Of a DNA stretch of 64,000 nt, positions 63,914 to 64,000 are shown one piece after another; positions within the stretch are counted from its first letter, which is position 1; the number at the start of each line of letters is the position of its first letter. The DNA is from Octopus sinensis. Its lineage: Eukaryota. The translations under genes and the position numbers were made by a program. Under the pieces are notes generated by a model. The model did not search any database, had not been told where the DNA came from, and saw nothing but the letters and a program-made list of their open reading frames with translations. The stretch covers positions 21,204,001-21,268,000 of the forward strand of contig NC_043005.1 of assembly GCF_006345805.1 (NCBI RefSeq), written 5' to 3'.

Positions 63914-64000
63914 CTTACACAAAAGTTGACTGTGGACCTCCAAAAGACATTGCTGTTGCAACAAAATCCTACAAAACTACTTCCTACAAATCTGAAGTGA
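63914..64000 (+). CDS. Exon S5: Sushi/CCP domain (cut by the window edge)
   Basis: ttccag|CT acceptor, phase 1. Encodes YTKVDCGPPKDIAVATKSYKTTSYKSEV.., clearly paralogous to S1, S2 and S4. Confidence 0.85.
   Translation, partial: LTQKLTVDLQKTLLLQQNPTKLLPTNLK

Overview
AT-rich, repeat-dense animal genomic DNA; the RTE LINE, SINE and microsatellite complement resembles Octopus/coleoid cephalopod DNA (inference from repeat style). There are no prokaryotic features. The whole window lies inside one + strand multi-exon gene or exon array whose start and end are outside the window. I reconstructed 13 short exons, each with an AG acceptor in phase 1 and, for the 12 that end inside the window, a GT donor. 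They encode a repeated extracellular module of PAN/Apple type A (237-240 bp), PAN/Apple type B (201-234 bp) and Sushi/CCP (171 bp), in the order A1-B1-S1-S2-A2-B2-S3*-A3-B3-S4-A4-B4-S5(partial). S3* has a 1-bp deletion and a premature stop. Homologous intron flanks show the array grew by tandem duplication of 10-20 kb units, while the domains have diverged strongly. Introns hold decayed RTE, R4/Dong-like and Penelope-like retroelements, a Gypsy element, mariners, non-autonomous Helitrons, tRNA-SINEs, a 29-bp minisatellite and a structurally complete minimal hammerhead ribozyme motif. Most ORFs in the supplied track are microsatellite or transposon artefacts.
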